From assembly GCA_964252075.1 (NCBI GenBank), contig CAXULY010000041.1:1-49803 (forward strand): DNA of 49,803 bases. The letters run 5' to 3'. Source of the DNA: an uncultured Deinococcaceae bacterium. GTDB taxonomy: Bacteria > Deinococcota > Deinococci > Deinococcales > Deinococcaceae. Positions 12,367 through 22,499 of this stretch are shown piece after piece. The notes beneath the pieces were generated by a model, which was given only the letters and a program-made list of their open reading frames with translations, had not been told where the DNA came from and searched no databases. The position numbers and the translations under genes were made by a program. The number at the start of each line of letters is the position of its first letter. The stretch's first letter is position 1.

Positions 12367-13641
12367 TCAGGCCAGCGCGTACTCGGGTGAGATGAGCATC
12401 AGGTACGCCTGCTGCGCGGGGTTCAGGTTCGCGAGGGCCGCGCCGAAGGGGCTGCGTTCGCGGCCCAGCACGGCGAGGCTGCTGGGGGGCGCGCCCGCCG
12501 ACTGGCCTTTCGCGCGCCCGAGCGTGAGGGCGGCGGCAGTCTGCAGGCGCAGCAGCAGCGTGGAGTCGTTGATCCACTCGCGCCCGCCGTCCCAGCCCTT
12601 CACGGTGGGGGGCTGCAGCAACTGCTGGCCCATGCGGGCGAGGGTGCTCGTGAGGTTCAGGTAGGCCTTGTCCTCCAGGCGGGGGCTGCCGAGGGCGCGC
12701 AGGGCGCCCACCACGTACTCGGCGGGGCTCCGGATGATGCTCGCGCGGTTCTTGGGCGCGTAAAAGGCCTCACTCGTCACGAGGGCCCGCATGACGCGCC
12801 CCAGGTCGCCGTTCGCGGCGCGGAACTCGTCGGCGAGGGCGCGCACGCCCGCGTCGTCCGGCGTGTCGTTCACGAAGCCCCTCCACAGTTTCCGCGCGAT
12901 GAAGTCCGCCGTGGCGGGGTGCCCGGCCGCCATGCGCACGATGTCCTCCGGCCCGAAGTTCCCTGTGCGGCCCAGGTAGGTTTTCGGGCCGTCGTCGTGC
13001 TGCTTCTTCTGGAAGGTGAAGTGCGGTTCTTCGGTGAACTCCTCCCGCTTGCGGCCCCCCTGGTAGGTCCAGCCGGTGAGTGCCCGGGCGCCCTCGTGCA
13101 CGTCCGTCTCGGTGTAATGCCCGATCCCCATGGTGAACAGTTCCATGAGTTCCCGCGCGAAGTTCTCGTTGGGTTTGCCCTTCTTGTTCTGGTCGTTGTC
13201 GAGGTAATCCAGCATGGCGGGGCTCTGCGCGATGGCGAGCGTGAAGTCCGTGAAGTTCCCCAGGCTGCGCGCGCGCAGCAGGCCCAGGTACCCGGCGAGG
13301 GCGCGGCTGTTCTTGACCTTGTCCGTGCCGATCACGAAGTGGTTGTGCCAGAACAAGGCGAGTTTCTCGCGGGTGGGCGCCGCGCCGTGCAGCATCTCGA
13401 ACAGCCAGCGCGCGCGCGTGACGCGCAGCATGCTGCCGATGTCCACGGCGTCGTCGGGCGTGAAGGGGTTGTCCGGCCGCTCGGCCTGATCGAAGGTCAG
13501 CAGGGCCTCGGCGGCGCGCTGTGGGCCCAGGGCCTGCAGCGCGTGAATCTGCGCGTCGGTGCCGCCGAAGGCGAGGCGGCGCAGGAGGTGCGCGGCGTCC
13601 TCGGCGGTGTACGTGGCGGGGTGGTGGGGCGTCAGGGACAC
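12367..13641 (-). CDS. DUF1800-family protein
   Basis: [70 protein letters not shown] before GTG 13641. Confidence 0.9.
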   Translation of the reverse strand: MSLTPHHPATYTAEDAAHLLRRLAFGGTDAQIHALQALGPQRAAEALLTFDQAERPDNPFTPDDAVDIGSMLRVTRARWLFEMLHGAAPTREKLALFWHNHFVIGTDKVKNSRALAGYLGLLRARSLGNFTDFTLAIAQSPAMLDYLDNDQNKKGKPNENFARELMELFTMGIGHYTETDVHEGARALTGWTYQGGRKREEFTEEPHFTFQKKQHDDGPKTYLGRTGNFGPEDIVRMAAGHPATADFIARKLWRGFVNDTPDDAGVRALADEFRAANGDLGRVMRALVTSEAFYAPKNRASIIRSPAEYVVGALRALGSPRLEDKAYLNLTSTLARMGQQLLQPPTVKGWDGGREWINDSTLLLRLQTAAALTLGRAKGQSAGAPPSSLAVLGRERSPFGAALANLNPAQQAYLMLISPEYALA

Positions 13642-13697
13642 GGGGGCGTTCCTCCTCGGGAGCGGGGAGTGCGGGGGTGGGGGAGCGTGGGCGTCTG

Positions 13698-14471
13698 TTA
13701 CTGAGAGTCGGAGGGCGTCGGAAAAGTTCCCAGGGCGTCCGGGCTCACGCTGCGCACGGCGCTCAGGGCCGCCTGCAGGTCCGCCTGGGGGAGGTTCCCG
13801 ATCAGCCACAGGGAGCGGCCCTGCACGGCGCGCACCGCCACGCCCGGCGCGGCCTTCACGGGCCGCGCGGCAATCACGAGCGCCAGCACGTTCACGCCGT
13901 CCGAGAAGGTCACTTCGGGGCCACGGTCCCGCACGGTGTACCCGATGGGCTCGAAGCCCTTCGGGATGCGCAGGCCCGGCAGGGCGGCCAGCACCGCCGC
14001 CCGGAAGGCCGGGTCGCGCGGCGGGGGCGTGAGGGGCGCCGGGCGGCGACGCGCGCCGCCGTTCACCCGCAGGAACTGCGCCTGCCGCACCAGCGCGCCG
14101 TCCGCGCCGCGCTCCGCGAAGCCCAGCGGGAGGCGCGTCTGCACGTCCAGCCACAGGGTCCAGCGCCCGCCGCCGCCCACCTTCGGGTTCAGCTCGTAGC
14201 GTTCGGCGTCGCGGCCCGCCACGCGGTCGGTGCCCGCGAGGTTCACGCTGAAGTTGCGCCGCAGCAGCCACGGCACGAAGCGCACGGCGGGCAGGGTGGT
14301 CAGGGTGCGGGTGGGGTTGGGGCGCGGCGGGAAGTACACGCTGGACTCCACCTGCCCGCGCAGTTCCTGACGCTGCGCCTTCTGCAGCAGCTTCAGGAGG
14401 GCCGAGGGGTCGTCCGCGAGCGCGCCGCCCGCCAGGAGCGCCAGCAGCAGCGCCGCCGCGCGGCGCGTCAC
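13698..14471 (-). CDS. Exported RseB/MucB-like (LolA-fold) sigma-E regulatory protein
   Basis: Signal peptide; [13 protein letters not shown]...RWTLWLD..T.LPL pattern typical of RseB/LolA-like proteins; GTGA-coupled to the anti-sigma. Confidence 0.7.
   Translation of the reverse strand: MTRRAAALLLALLAGGALADDPSALLKLLQKAQRQELRGQVESSVYFPPRPNPTRTLTTLPAVRFVPWLLRRNFSVNLAGTDRVAGRDAERYELNPKVGGGGRWTLWLDVQTRLPLGFAERGADGALVRQAQFLRVNGGARRRPAPLTPPPRDPAFRAAVLAALPGLRIPKGFEPIGYTVRDRGPEVTFSDGVNVLALVIAARPVKAAPGVAVRAVQGRSLWLIGNLPQADLQAALSAVRSVSPDALGTFPTPSDSQ
13702..13731 (-). promoter_or_regulatory. Putative ECF-sigma promoter upstream of the DUF1800 gene
   Basis: GGGAACTTTT-N15-TCTCA, same -35 and spacing as the motif upstream of the sigma gene. 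Confidence 0.65.
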
Positions 14472-14731
14472 CAGCCGCTCCCGCTGACCTGCTGGTACAC
14501 GTCGTACGCGGCGCTCGTGGGCAGTTCGCGCGCCTGCACGAACAGCACCCCGGCGGCGACCGCCGCGCTCGCCACGAGTGGTGCGAGCCACGCGCCGACC
14601 CACCGGACGCGCGCGTGGCGGCGCGCCGCCCGGAAGTGCGTCACGACCCGCTCGGTCGCCGCGAGGTCCTCCGCGGTCATGCGGCGCGCGCGGGCGAACA
14701 GGGCGTCGAGGTCGTCCGGGGGTGGGTTCAT
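14468..14731 (-). CDS. Putative single-TM anti-sigma factor (87 aa)
   Basis: ATGA overlap with the sigma stop; helical N-terminus, one TM helix, short C-tail. Confidence 0.7.
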   Translation of the reverse strand: MNPPPDDLDALFARARRMTAEDLAATERVVTHFRAARRHARVRWVGAWLAPLVASAAVAAGVLFVQARELPTSAAYDVYQQVSGSGW

Positions 14732-15273
14732 GGCGTCACGCCCTTTCCGGTGAGCAGCGCGCGCAGGGCCGCGCGGGCACGGTTGATGCGGGACTTCACG
14801 GTGCCGAGTTCCACGCCCTGCACCTGCGCGATCTCGGCGTACTCCAGGTCCGCGAGTTCCCGCAGGCTCAGCGCCTCGCGCTGCTCCGGCGGGAGTTGCG
14901 CGAGCGCCCACGCCAGGGTCTCGCGCAGGTGCGTGACTTCCCCCTGGTGTACGGGGTCGCTGGGGCTCAGGGGTTCGGGAATCGCGCGGAGGTCCAGGCT
15001 GGGCCGCGCGCGCAGCAGGCGGTAACAGGCGTTCAGCGCGATGCGGTGCAGCCACGTGGAGAACAGCGCGTCCCCACGAAACTGCCGCAGGTGCGCGTGC
15101 GCGCTCATGAACACCTCCTGCACCACGTCGTCGGCGCTCCCGACCCCCACGAGGCCCTGCGCGAGCGCCCGCACGCGCGGCGCATGACGGCGGATGAGCA
15201 CCTCGAAGGCCCGGTCGTCGCGGCGCGCGAGGGCCACCAGTTGTGCGTCGGTGAGTTCATCGTCGGTCCTCAA
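14728..15273 (-). CDS. ECF-subfamily RNA polymerase sigma factor (RpoE-like)
   Basis: Region 2 [20 protein letters not shown]; region 4 YAEIA...[14 protein letters not shown] start with GAGGAG RBS. Confidence 0.93.
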   Translation of the reverse strand: MRTDDELTDAQLVALARRDDRAFEVLIRRHAPRVRALAQGLVGVGSADDVVQEVFMSAHAHLRQFRGDALFSTWLHRIALNACYRLLRARPSLDLRAIPEPLSPSDPVHQGEVTHLRETLAWALAQLPPEQREALSLRELADLEYAEIAQVQGVELGTVKSRINRARAALRALLTGKGVTP

Positions 15274-15286
15274 AGCTCCTCAATCA

Positions 15287-15316
15287 TTGGAGCACCGCCG
15301 CGCACCAAAAGTTCCC
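15287..15316 (-). promoter_or_regulatory. Putative autoregulatory ECF-sigma promoter
   Basis: GGGAACTTTT-N15-TCCAA, resembling the sigmaE GGAACTT/TCAAA consensus. Confidence 0.65.
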
Positions 15317-15339
15317 GGCGCGCTACGCTGCGGGGCGTG

Positions 15340-16107
15340 ATGACCCTGCCGGACCTCCCGCCCGAGTTGCGCCGCATGCTGCCCGCCGCGCGCTGGGAGG
15401 CCGTGACGGTCGGCGAGTCCGGGGCGGGCGTGTGGCGCTCCACGCGCTTCGTGCTGAAAGTCCTCGCGCGCGGACATCCGGAGACGCTGTTCGCGGAGCG
15501 CGAGCGCCTGCGCTGGTTCGCGGGGCGCCTGCCCGTGCCCGACGTTGTCGGGTACGAGGTGACGTCCGAGCACGAGTTCCTCGCGATGACGCGCGTGCCC
15601 GGCATCGACCTCAGCCACCCGGACGCGGTGCTGCACGCCGCGCGCAACGCGCGCCTGATCGCCATGGCGCTGCGTGAGCTGCACGCGCTGCCCCTTCAGG
15701 ACTGCCCCTTCGACATGACGCTCCCCGCACGCCTGCGGCAGGCGCGCGAACTGGTGGAGCGCGGCCTCGTGGACGAGCAGGACTTCGACGATCTTCACCT
15801 GGGGCGCCGCGCCGAGGACCTCCTCGCGGAGCTCGTGCGGACGCGGCCCGTGAGGGAGGACCTCGTGGTGACGCACGGGGACGCCTGCTGCCCGAACTTC
15901 ATCGGGCAGGGCGAGCACCTCACAGCGCTCATTGATCTGGGGCGGGCGGGCATCGCGGACCGCCACATGGACCTCGCGCTCGCGCACCGCTCCATCATCC
16001 GCAATTACGGCGAGGAGCATGCCGAGGCCTTCCTCACGCATTACGGGCTGGCGTTCGTGGACCGCGCGAAACTGGCGTACTACCGCCTGCTGGACGAGCT
16101 GTTCTAG
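15340..16107 (+). CDS. Aminoglycoside 3'-phosphotransferase APH(3')-family kinase
   Basis: GESGA loop, [28 protein letters not shown]-terminal YYRLLDELF. Confidence 0.88.
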   Translation: MTLPDLPPELRRMLPAARWEAVTVGESGAGVWRSTRFVLKVLARGHPETLFAERERLRWFAGRLPVPDVVGYEVTSEHEFLAMTRVPGIDLSHPDAVLHAARNARLIAMALRELHALPLQDCPFDMTLPARLRQARELVERGLVDEQDFDDLHLGRRAEDLLAELVRTRPVREDLVVTHGDACCPNFIGQGEHLTALIDLGRAGIADRHMDLALAHRSIIRNYGEEHAEAFLTHYGLAFVDRAKLAYYRLLDELF

Positions 16108-16870
16108 CAAGCGAATCTGGCGTTGGCCTGAGGTGGCCTGACCAGGGGTGCGTGAGGGCATAGTTCAGGATGATGCCCGCGAGCGCGCGGTCACGCAGGG
16201 TGGCGTAGGCCGCGCGGAACCCGCCGATGCCCTGCCCGTCCAGGCTGTAGGCGGCCACGCCGTCCGTCTGCAGGGCGCCCGGCCGCGTGTACGAGAAGAG
16301 CGCGGCCGTGCTGCGCGCGAGCGGCACGACCTTCAGCGGCACGTCCGGGCTGGGCGCGCCGAAGCCCTGGCGCTGGGACTCCGCGCGCCACTTCGGGAAG
16401 AACAGGCCCGCCGCGCTGAGCGCGCAGCCCACGCATGCGCCCGTGCTGGTGAAGAGCAGCCACTCGGCGGGGTTCGCCCGCCGGGAGGGCGCGAAGGCCA
16501 GGAAGCCGCTGCCGTCCGCACCGACGCCGCCCGCCACCGCCACCCAGCCGCGCGGCACCAGCAGCCACCCCGCGAAGTCACTGAACACCGCCTCAAGGCG
16601 CGCCACCTGACCGGGTGACAGGCGTGCGTCCATGGTGGGGAGGCGCGCGGGGCGCCCGGGCAGCGCCTCCCCCACCCCGCTGTCCAGCTGCAGGCCCACG
16701 GCGGGCAGCGTGACGGTGGGCGCGCCCGGCACGCGCACGCGGCCCAGCGCGTGCGCCTTCGGGACCGCGAAGCTCGCGCTCGGCGCGGGCGGACCGGGAA
16801 GGGGATCGGCGGCCGCCCGGGCGCTCAGCAGGGCCAGGGCGGTGAGGGGCAGCAGCAGGGCGCGGCGCAC
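16034..16870 (-). CDS. Exported protein, DUF4850-like, with CxxC motif
   Basis: Signal peptide; PRGW...G.VGADGS and GACVGCA..AA..FFP motifs. Confidence 0.6.
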   Translation of the reverse strand: MRRALLLPLTALALLSARAAADPLPGPPAPSASFAVPKAHALGRVRVPGAPTVTLPAVGLQLDSGVGEALPGRPARLPTMDARLSPGQVARLEAVFSDFAGWLLVPRGWVAVAGGVGADGSGFLAFAPSRRANPAEWLLFTSTGACVGCALSAAGLFFPKWRAESQRQGFGAPSPDVPLKVVPLARSTAALFSYTRPGALQTDGVAAYSLDGQGIGGFRAAYATLRDRALAGIILNYALTHPWSGHLRPTPDSLARTARPAGGSTPVSRGPRTPARNA

Positions 16871-16897
16871 GGCCTCACCCTACACGACCCGCCCGCG

Positions 16898-17434
16898 TCA
16901 GCGCAGCAGGGTCATGGTGCAGGTGCCGAGGCCCGTCTTGTCACCGCTGTTCACGTAGGCCTCCAGCGCCTTCTCGCTGGGCGCCAGCACGCCCGTGAAG
17001 CGCGTGAGGTCCGCCTGCTTGCTGGGGTCCCACGCGAAGCAGTGCAGTTCGCTGCCGTTCGCGTCGGCGCGCACGGCCTCCAGGAACTCCGGGTCCTGGT
17101 CGATGGGGTCGTGCCACAGGCGCGTGAGCACCAAGTTCCCGTCCGCGTCGCTGTCGTAGTTGGAGTACGACACCATGCCGTCCTTCTGCATGCTGGGCGC
17201 GCGGCCCAGCGCGACCGTGAAGGTCTGCGGCGGGCTGCCCGGCAGTTCGGCCGTCACGGTCCAGGTTTGGCCGGGGAAGATGATGTTCTCCACGGGCTTC
17301 TCGACGGTGGGCGCGGTATGCGAGGTGGGCGCGCCGTCCGTGGAGGTGCCGCTGGTTGAGTCCCCCGTGGCGGGCGTGCCCTGCGCGAGCGCGCCGCCCA
17401 GCGTGAGCGCGAGGCCCAGCAGGAGTGCCCTCAC
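16898..17434 (-). CDS. Hypothetical exported protein
   Basis: Signal peptide ending ALA, S/T-rich linker, two Cys; GTGA overlap with the upstream lipoprotein. Confidence 0.65.
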   Translation of the reverse strand: MRALLLGLALTLGGALAQGTPATGDSTSGTSTDGAPTSHTAPTVEKPVENIIFPGQTWTVTAELPGSPPQTFTVALGRAPSMQKDGMVSYSNYDSDADGNLVLTRLWHDPIDQDPEFLEAVRADANGSELHCFAWDPSKQADLTRFTGVLAPSEKALEAYVNSGDKTGLGTCTMTLLR

Positions 17435-17730
17435 AGGCACGTCCCGCCGCGCCACGTGCGGTCGCTCGTGACGTTCAGGGTCTGCGGGCCGTAGAAGCCG
17501 TCGTTGTCCACGTTGAAGGTGTGGCTGCCGCGGCTCACCTGGAAGGTCTGCACGCCGCCGCCGGGAACTTGCCCGGCATTCTGCCCGTCGATGAACACGG
17601 TGGCGGGCAGGCGGCAGCCGGAGTTCAGGACAGTCACGTTGTAGCGCAGGCCCACGGCCTGCAGGACGGGCGCGCAGGCACTCAGGGCGAGGCCCAGCAG
17701 GGCCAGCCCGAACAGTCGGTGTTTCAGCAT
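17431..17730 (-). CDS. Small lipoprotein with PEGA/Ig-like beta domain
   Basis: Lipobox LSAC; ATVFIDG..G.V......V..G.HT pattern; Cys pair. Confidence 0.7.
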   Translation of the reverse strand: MLKHRLFGLALLGLALSACAPVLQAVGLRYNVTVLNSGCRLPATVFIDGQNAGQVPGGGVQTFQVSRGSHTFNVDNDGFYGPQTLNVTSDRTWRGGTCL

Positions 17731-17821
17731 GACCTCAGTGTGAAGGTGCGCTCAAGACGCGTGATGTGAGGCGTCTGACCGGCCCTTGAAGTGCGGGGCG
17801 ACCTTGGGCCGCCCCGCGCGA

Positions 17822-19675
17822 TCAGCCCATCACCCCTTCGGGCGCCTCGACGCCCGGCGCGATCAGGTGCGCGAGCGCCAGGGGAATCACGGCGTCCCAG
17901 CCCTGGGGGTGGCAGGCGGCGGGGTACGGGACGGGCGGGCCGTCCTCGCGGGCGTACCCCGCGAAGAGTTCGGGCAGGCGCCGATCCTCGGCGCTGCGCG
18001 CGGCGTCGAACAGCGCGCGCGCGATGGTGGCGGCCTCGCGCGCGAGGCCGTAGCGCTCCAGGCCCAGCGCGATCAGGGCGGTGTCGTGCGGCCACACGCT
18101 GCCGTTGTGGTAACTGGCGGGGTTGAAGCGCGGCTCGTGCGCGCCGAGCGTCCGCACACCCCACCCGGTCCACAGCGCCTCCCCCATCACGGTGCGGGCG
18201 ACCTCCTCGGCGTGCTCGCCGGGGATGATGCCGGTCCACAGGGCGTGCGCGGCGTTCGAGACGAGCACCCGCAGGGGCGTCTTGTCGCCGTTCAGGCCGT
18301 GCACGTAGTACCCGCGCTCCGGCCAGTAAAAGGCGGCGTGGAAGCGCTCGCGCAGGGTGCGGGCGCGCCCGCGCCACTCGACGGCCCTCTCAGGCTCACC
18401 CAGCAGGGCGTACAGGTCGCCCGCCGCGCGGTACGCGGCGTAGGCGTACCCCTGCACCTCCACCACCGCGATGTGCCCCTCGGCGTCCTGGCCGCGCTCG
18501 TCGAAGGTGCTGTCCCCGCTGTCCTTCCAGACCTGGTTGCGGATGCCGTGCGGGTCGGGCGTGTACTCGATGAAGCCGTCGCCGTCCGGGTCACCGTCCG
18601 TGAGGAGCCACTGCAGGGCCGCCTCCCAGTGCGGGCGAAGGTCCGCGGCGAGGTCCGGCGTGCGCTCCGCGAGGCGCCCCACGAGCCACACGAACAGCGG
18701 GGTGGCGTCCGCGGTGGCGTAGTAGGGGCGGTGCTGCGTGCGGCCCGTGCGGGTGAGTTCCCCGTCGCGCGCCTCGTGCAGGATCTTACCGGGCGCCTCG
18801 AGCGTCTCCGGGTCGTGCTTCGTGCCCTGGTGCGCGGCGAGGTAGCGCGCGACGCCCAGCGCGAGTTCCGGGCGGTGGTCGAGCGCCATGTGCGCGATGA
18901 TCAGGGAGTCCCGCCCGAAGGGCGCCACGAACCACGGGATGCCCGCCGCCGGGAAGGGCCCGTGCGGCGTGCCAAACAGCAGGGAGCGCAGGTCCTGCAC
19001 GCTGCGGGTGAGCACCTCCGCGTCGCGCGGGTCGCTGAGCTGGAAGGGGGCCTTCCAGGCGTCGTAGCTGGCGCGCAGCGCGGCGAGGTCCGCGTGCGCG
19101 GGCGTCTCGTCGCCCTTGAGGGCGTGCACGCTCACGCGGATGGTGGTGTCCTCGGTGACTTCCCAGCTGAGCGCCTCGCCGTCCCAGGCGGGCGCGGGCT
19201 CGGCGGTAACCAGGGTGCGCAGCACGAGGCCGTCCTGCGCGGTGTACGAGAACTGCACGCCGCCCGGCACGGCGTCCACGGTCACGTCGCGGGTGAGGGG
19301 CGGCCAGCCGCGCACCTCGAACATGTCGCGGAAGTCCGCGCCGAGGTGCAGGCGCAGCGTGCGGGTGCCGGGCGTGTACAGCGTGACGCGGTACTCGTCG
19401 CGCAGTTCCGCGCCCGTGAGCATCAGATCGCGCTCCAGGCCAACCGTCATGGTGTACCCGAGGTTCGGGTCGCCCGCCACCTCGCGCAGCCACCACGGGT
19501 AGCGAAGGAAATGCGAGAGGGGCGTGGGGGCGCCGCCGTCCACGGTGAGGCGGTAGGTGTGCAGGAAGCGGGTGTCGCGGCGGTACAGCCCACCCTCGCC
19601 GCCGGTCACGACGTAGTTGCCGTCCCCGACGAAGTACAGCTCGTTTTCTTTGAGTACGCCACGGGTGCGCAGCAT
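17822..19675 (-). CDS. Amylo-alpha-1,6-glucosidase / glycogen-debranching-like (alpha/alpha)6 glycoside hydrolase
   Basis: GLY..DTRFL N-domain, AGIPWF..PFGRDSLI, WKDSGD, EVQGYAY, YHNGSVWPHD, LPELFAG. Confidence 0.9.
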   Translation of the reverse strand: MLRTRGVLKENELYFVGDGNYVVTGGEGGLYRRDTRFLHTYRLTVDGGAPTPLSHFLRYPWWLREVAGDPNLGYTMTVGLERDLMLTGAELRDEYRVTLYTPGTRTLRLHLGADFRDMFEVRGWPPLTRDVTVDAVPGGVQFSYTAQDGLVLRTLVTAEPAPAWDGEALSWEVTEDTTIRVSVHALKGDETPAHADLAALRASYDAWKAPFQLSDPRDAEVLTRSVQDLRSLLFGTPHGPFPAAGIPWFVAPFGRDSLIIAHMALDHRPELALGVARYLAAHQGTKHDPETLEAPGKILHEARDGELTRTGRTQHRPYYATADATPLFVWLVGRLAERTPDLAADLRPHWEAALQWLLTDGDPDGDGFIEYTPDPHGIRNQVWKDSGDSTFDERGQDAEGHIAVVEVQGYAYAAYRAAGDLYALLGEPERAVEWRGRARTLRERFHAAFYWPERGYYVHGLNGDKTPLRVLVSNAAHALWTGIIPGEHAEEVARTVMGEALWTGWGVRTLGAHEPRFNPASYHNGSVWPHDTALIALGLERYGLAREAATIARALFDAARSAEDRRLPELFAGYAREDGPPVPYPAACHPQGWDAVIPLALAHLIAPGVEAPEGVMG

Positions 19676-19720
19676 GCATCGACCTCTGGAAGTGGAAGTG
19701 GGAACGTGGGGTGAGCGACG

Positions 19721-21246
<1,526 letters not shown>

Positions 21247-21250
<4 letters not shown>

Positions 21251-22350
21251 GATTCCACCTCCGAGGCGTAGAAGAAGCGCCGCTGGATGAACACCAGCAG
21301 CAGCGTGATGAGCGCCAGGATGATGGCCGCCGCCGACGCGAGGTTCACATTCGCGACGCCCGCCTGGAAGGTGTTGTCGTACACGTAGTACGCCAGCGTC
21401 ACGATGGTGTAGAGCGGCGCGGCGCCCGCGATGATCGCCACCTGGTCGAACATCTGCAAGGTGCCGATCAGGCCAACCGTCACGATGTAGAAGGTCACGG
21501 GCCGCAGCATGGGCACCGTGACCTTCGTGAGCTGCTGCCAGGGCGTCGCACCGTCCATGCGGGCCGCCTCGTACAGCGCGCCGGGAATGTTCTGCAGGCC
21601 CGCCAGGAAGAACAGCATGAGGGTCGGGACGGTCGTGAAGGTGTTCTGCAGCATGATGACGAGCAGCGGCACACTCACGACCTGCACGCCGCCGATGGTG
21701 AGCCACTTGTTCGCGAAGTACTGGTACTCGAAGACCGGCACCTCCCGCACGCCCACCACACCCGTCACACTCAGGATGGCCGTGATGACCACCGCGATCA
21801 GCACGCTCACGGCGAGCAGGGCGGGGTCCAGCCAGCCGGCGGGCAGGCGCCGCAGGCGCTCGAACAGCACCTGCACCACCTGCACGACCGCCGTGATGCC
21901 CAGCAGCGTGAGCAGGATGGGCGCGAAGGCCTGCAGCTGCGTCACGACGTAGTTCACGACGCCGCGCTGCTGGAACAGCCACAGGAAGATCAGCGTGATG
22001 ACCACGCTGGACGTGATGGACGGCATGTACCACGCCGCGCGAAAGAACGGCAGGCCGTACAGCTTGCGGTTCAGCGCGACGGCCATCAGCAGCGAGAAGA
22101 CCGTCTGGAGGGTCGTGACGACCACCGAGAAGATCAGGCTGTTCGCCAGCGCCCGCAGGAAGTTCGCGTCGTGCAGCACATCCACGTACGGGCGGATGCC
22201 GATGAGTTTCGGGGTGTTGAAGAGGTTGAAGTCCGTGAAGCTGTAGTACAGGGAGCGCGCGAACGCGAAGAAGAAGAACACCGCCACGATGACCAGGAAC
22301 GGCGCCAGGAACAGGTAGGCGACCGTGGTGTCCTGCCGCTTGCGGTTCAC
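21247..22350 (-). CDS. Carbohydrate ABC permease (MalF-like)
   Basis: YLFLAP, YEAARMDGA motif, multiple TM helices. Confidence 0.92.
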
Positions 22351-22499
22351 GGCGCCACCGCGCGGCGTGAGCGGGGGTGGTTCATGCGTGACCTCCAGCG
22401 CGCTTCACGCGCGCGGGGTGGGGCGGCGCGCCGCCCCACCCGTGTCGTTCCGGGGGTCCTGAGCACGGTCGGGGGCGGCCCCTCACCCCCGCGCGGCCC

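Noticed and set aside
13642..14271. N-terminal extensions in the ORF track for DUF1800, and likewise APH, the MalG-type permease, thiQ, TetR and dppA
   Set aside because: They overlap neighbouring genes; better starts with RBS, -10 or stop/start coupling exist downstream
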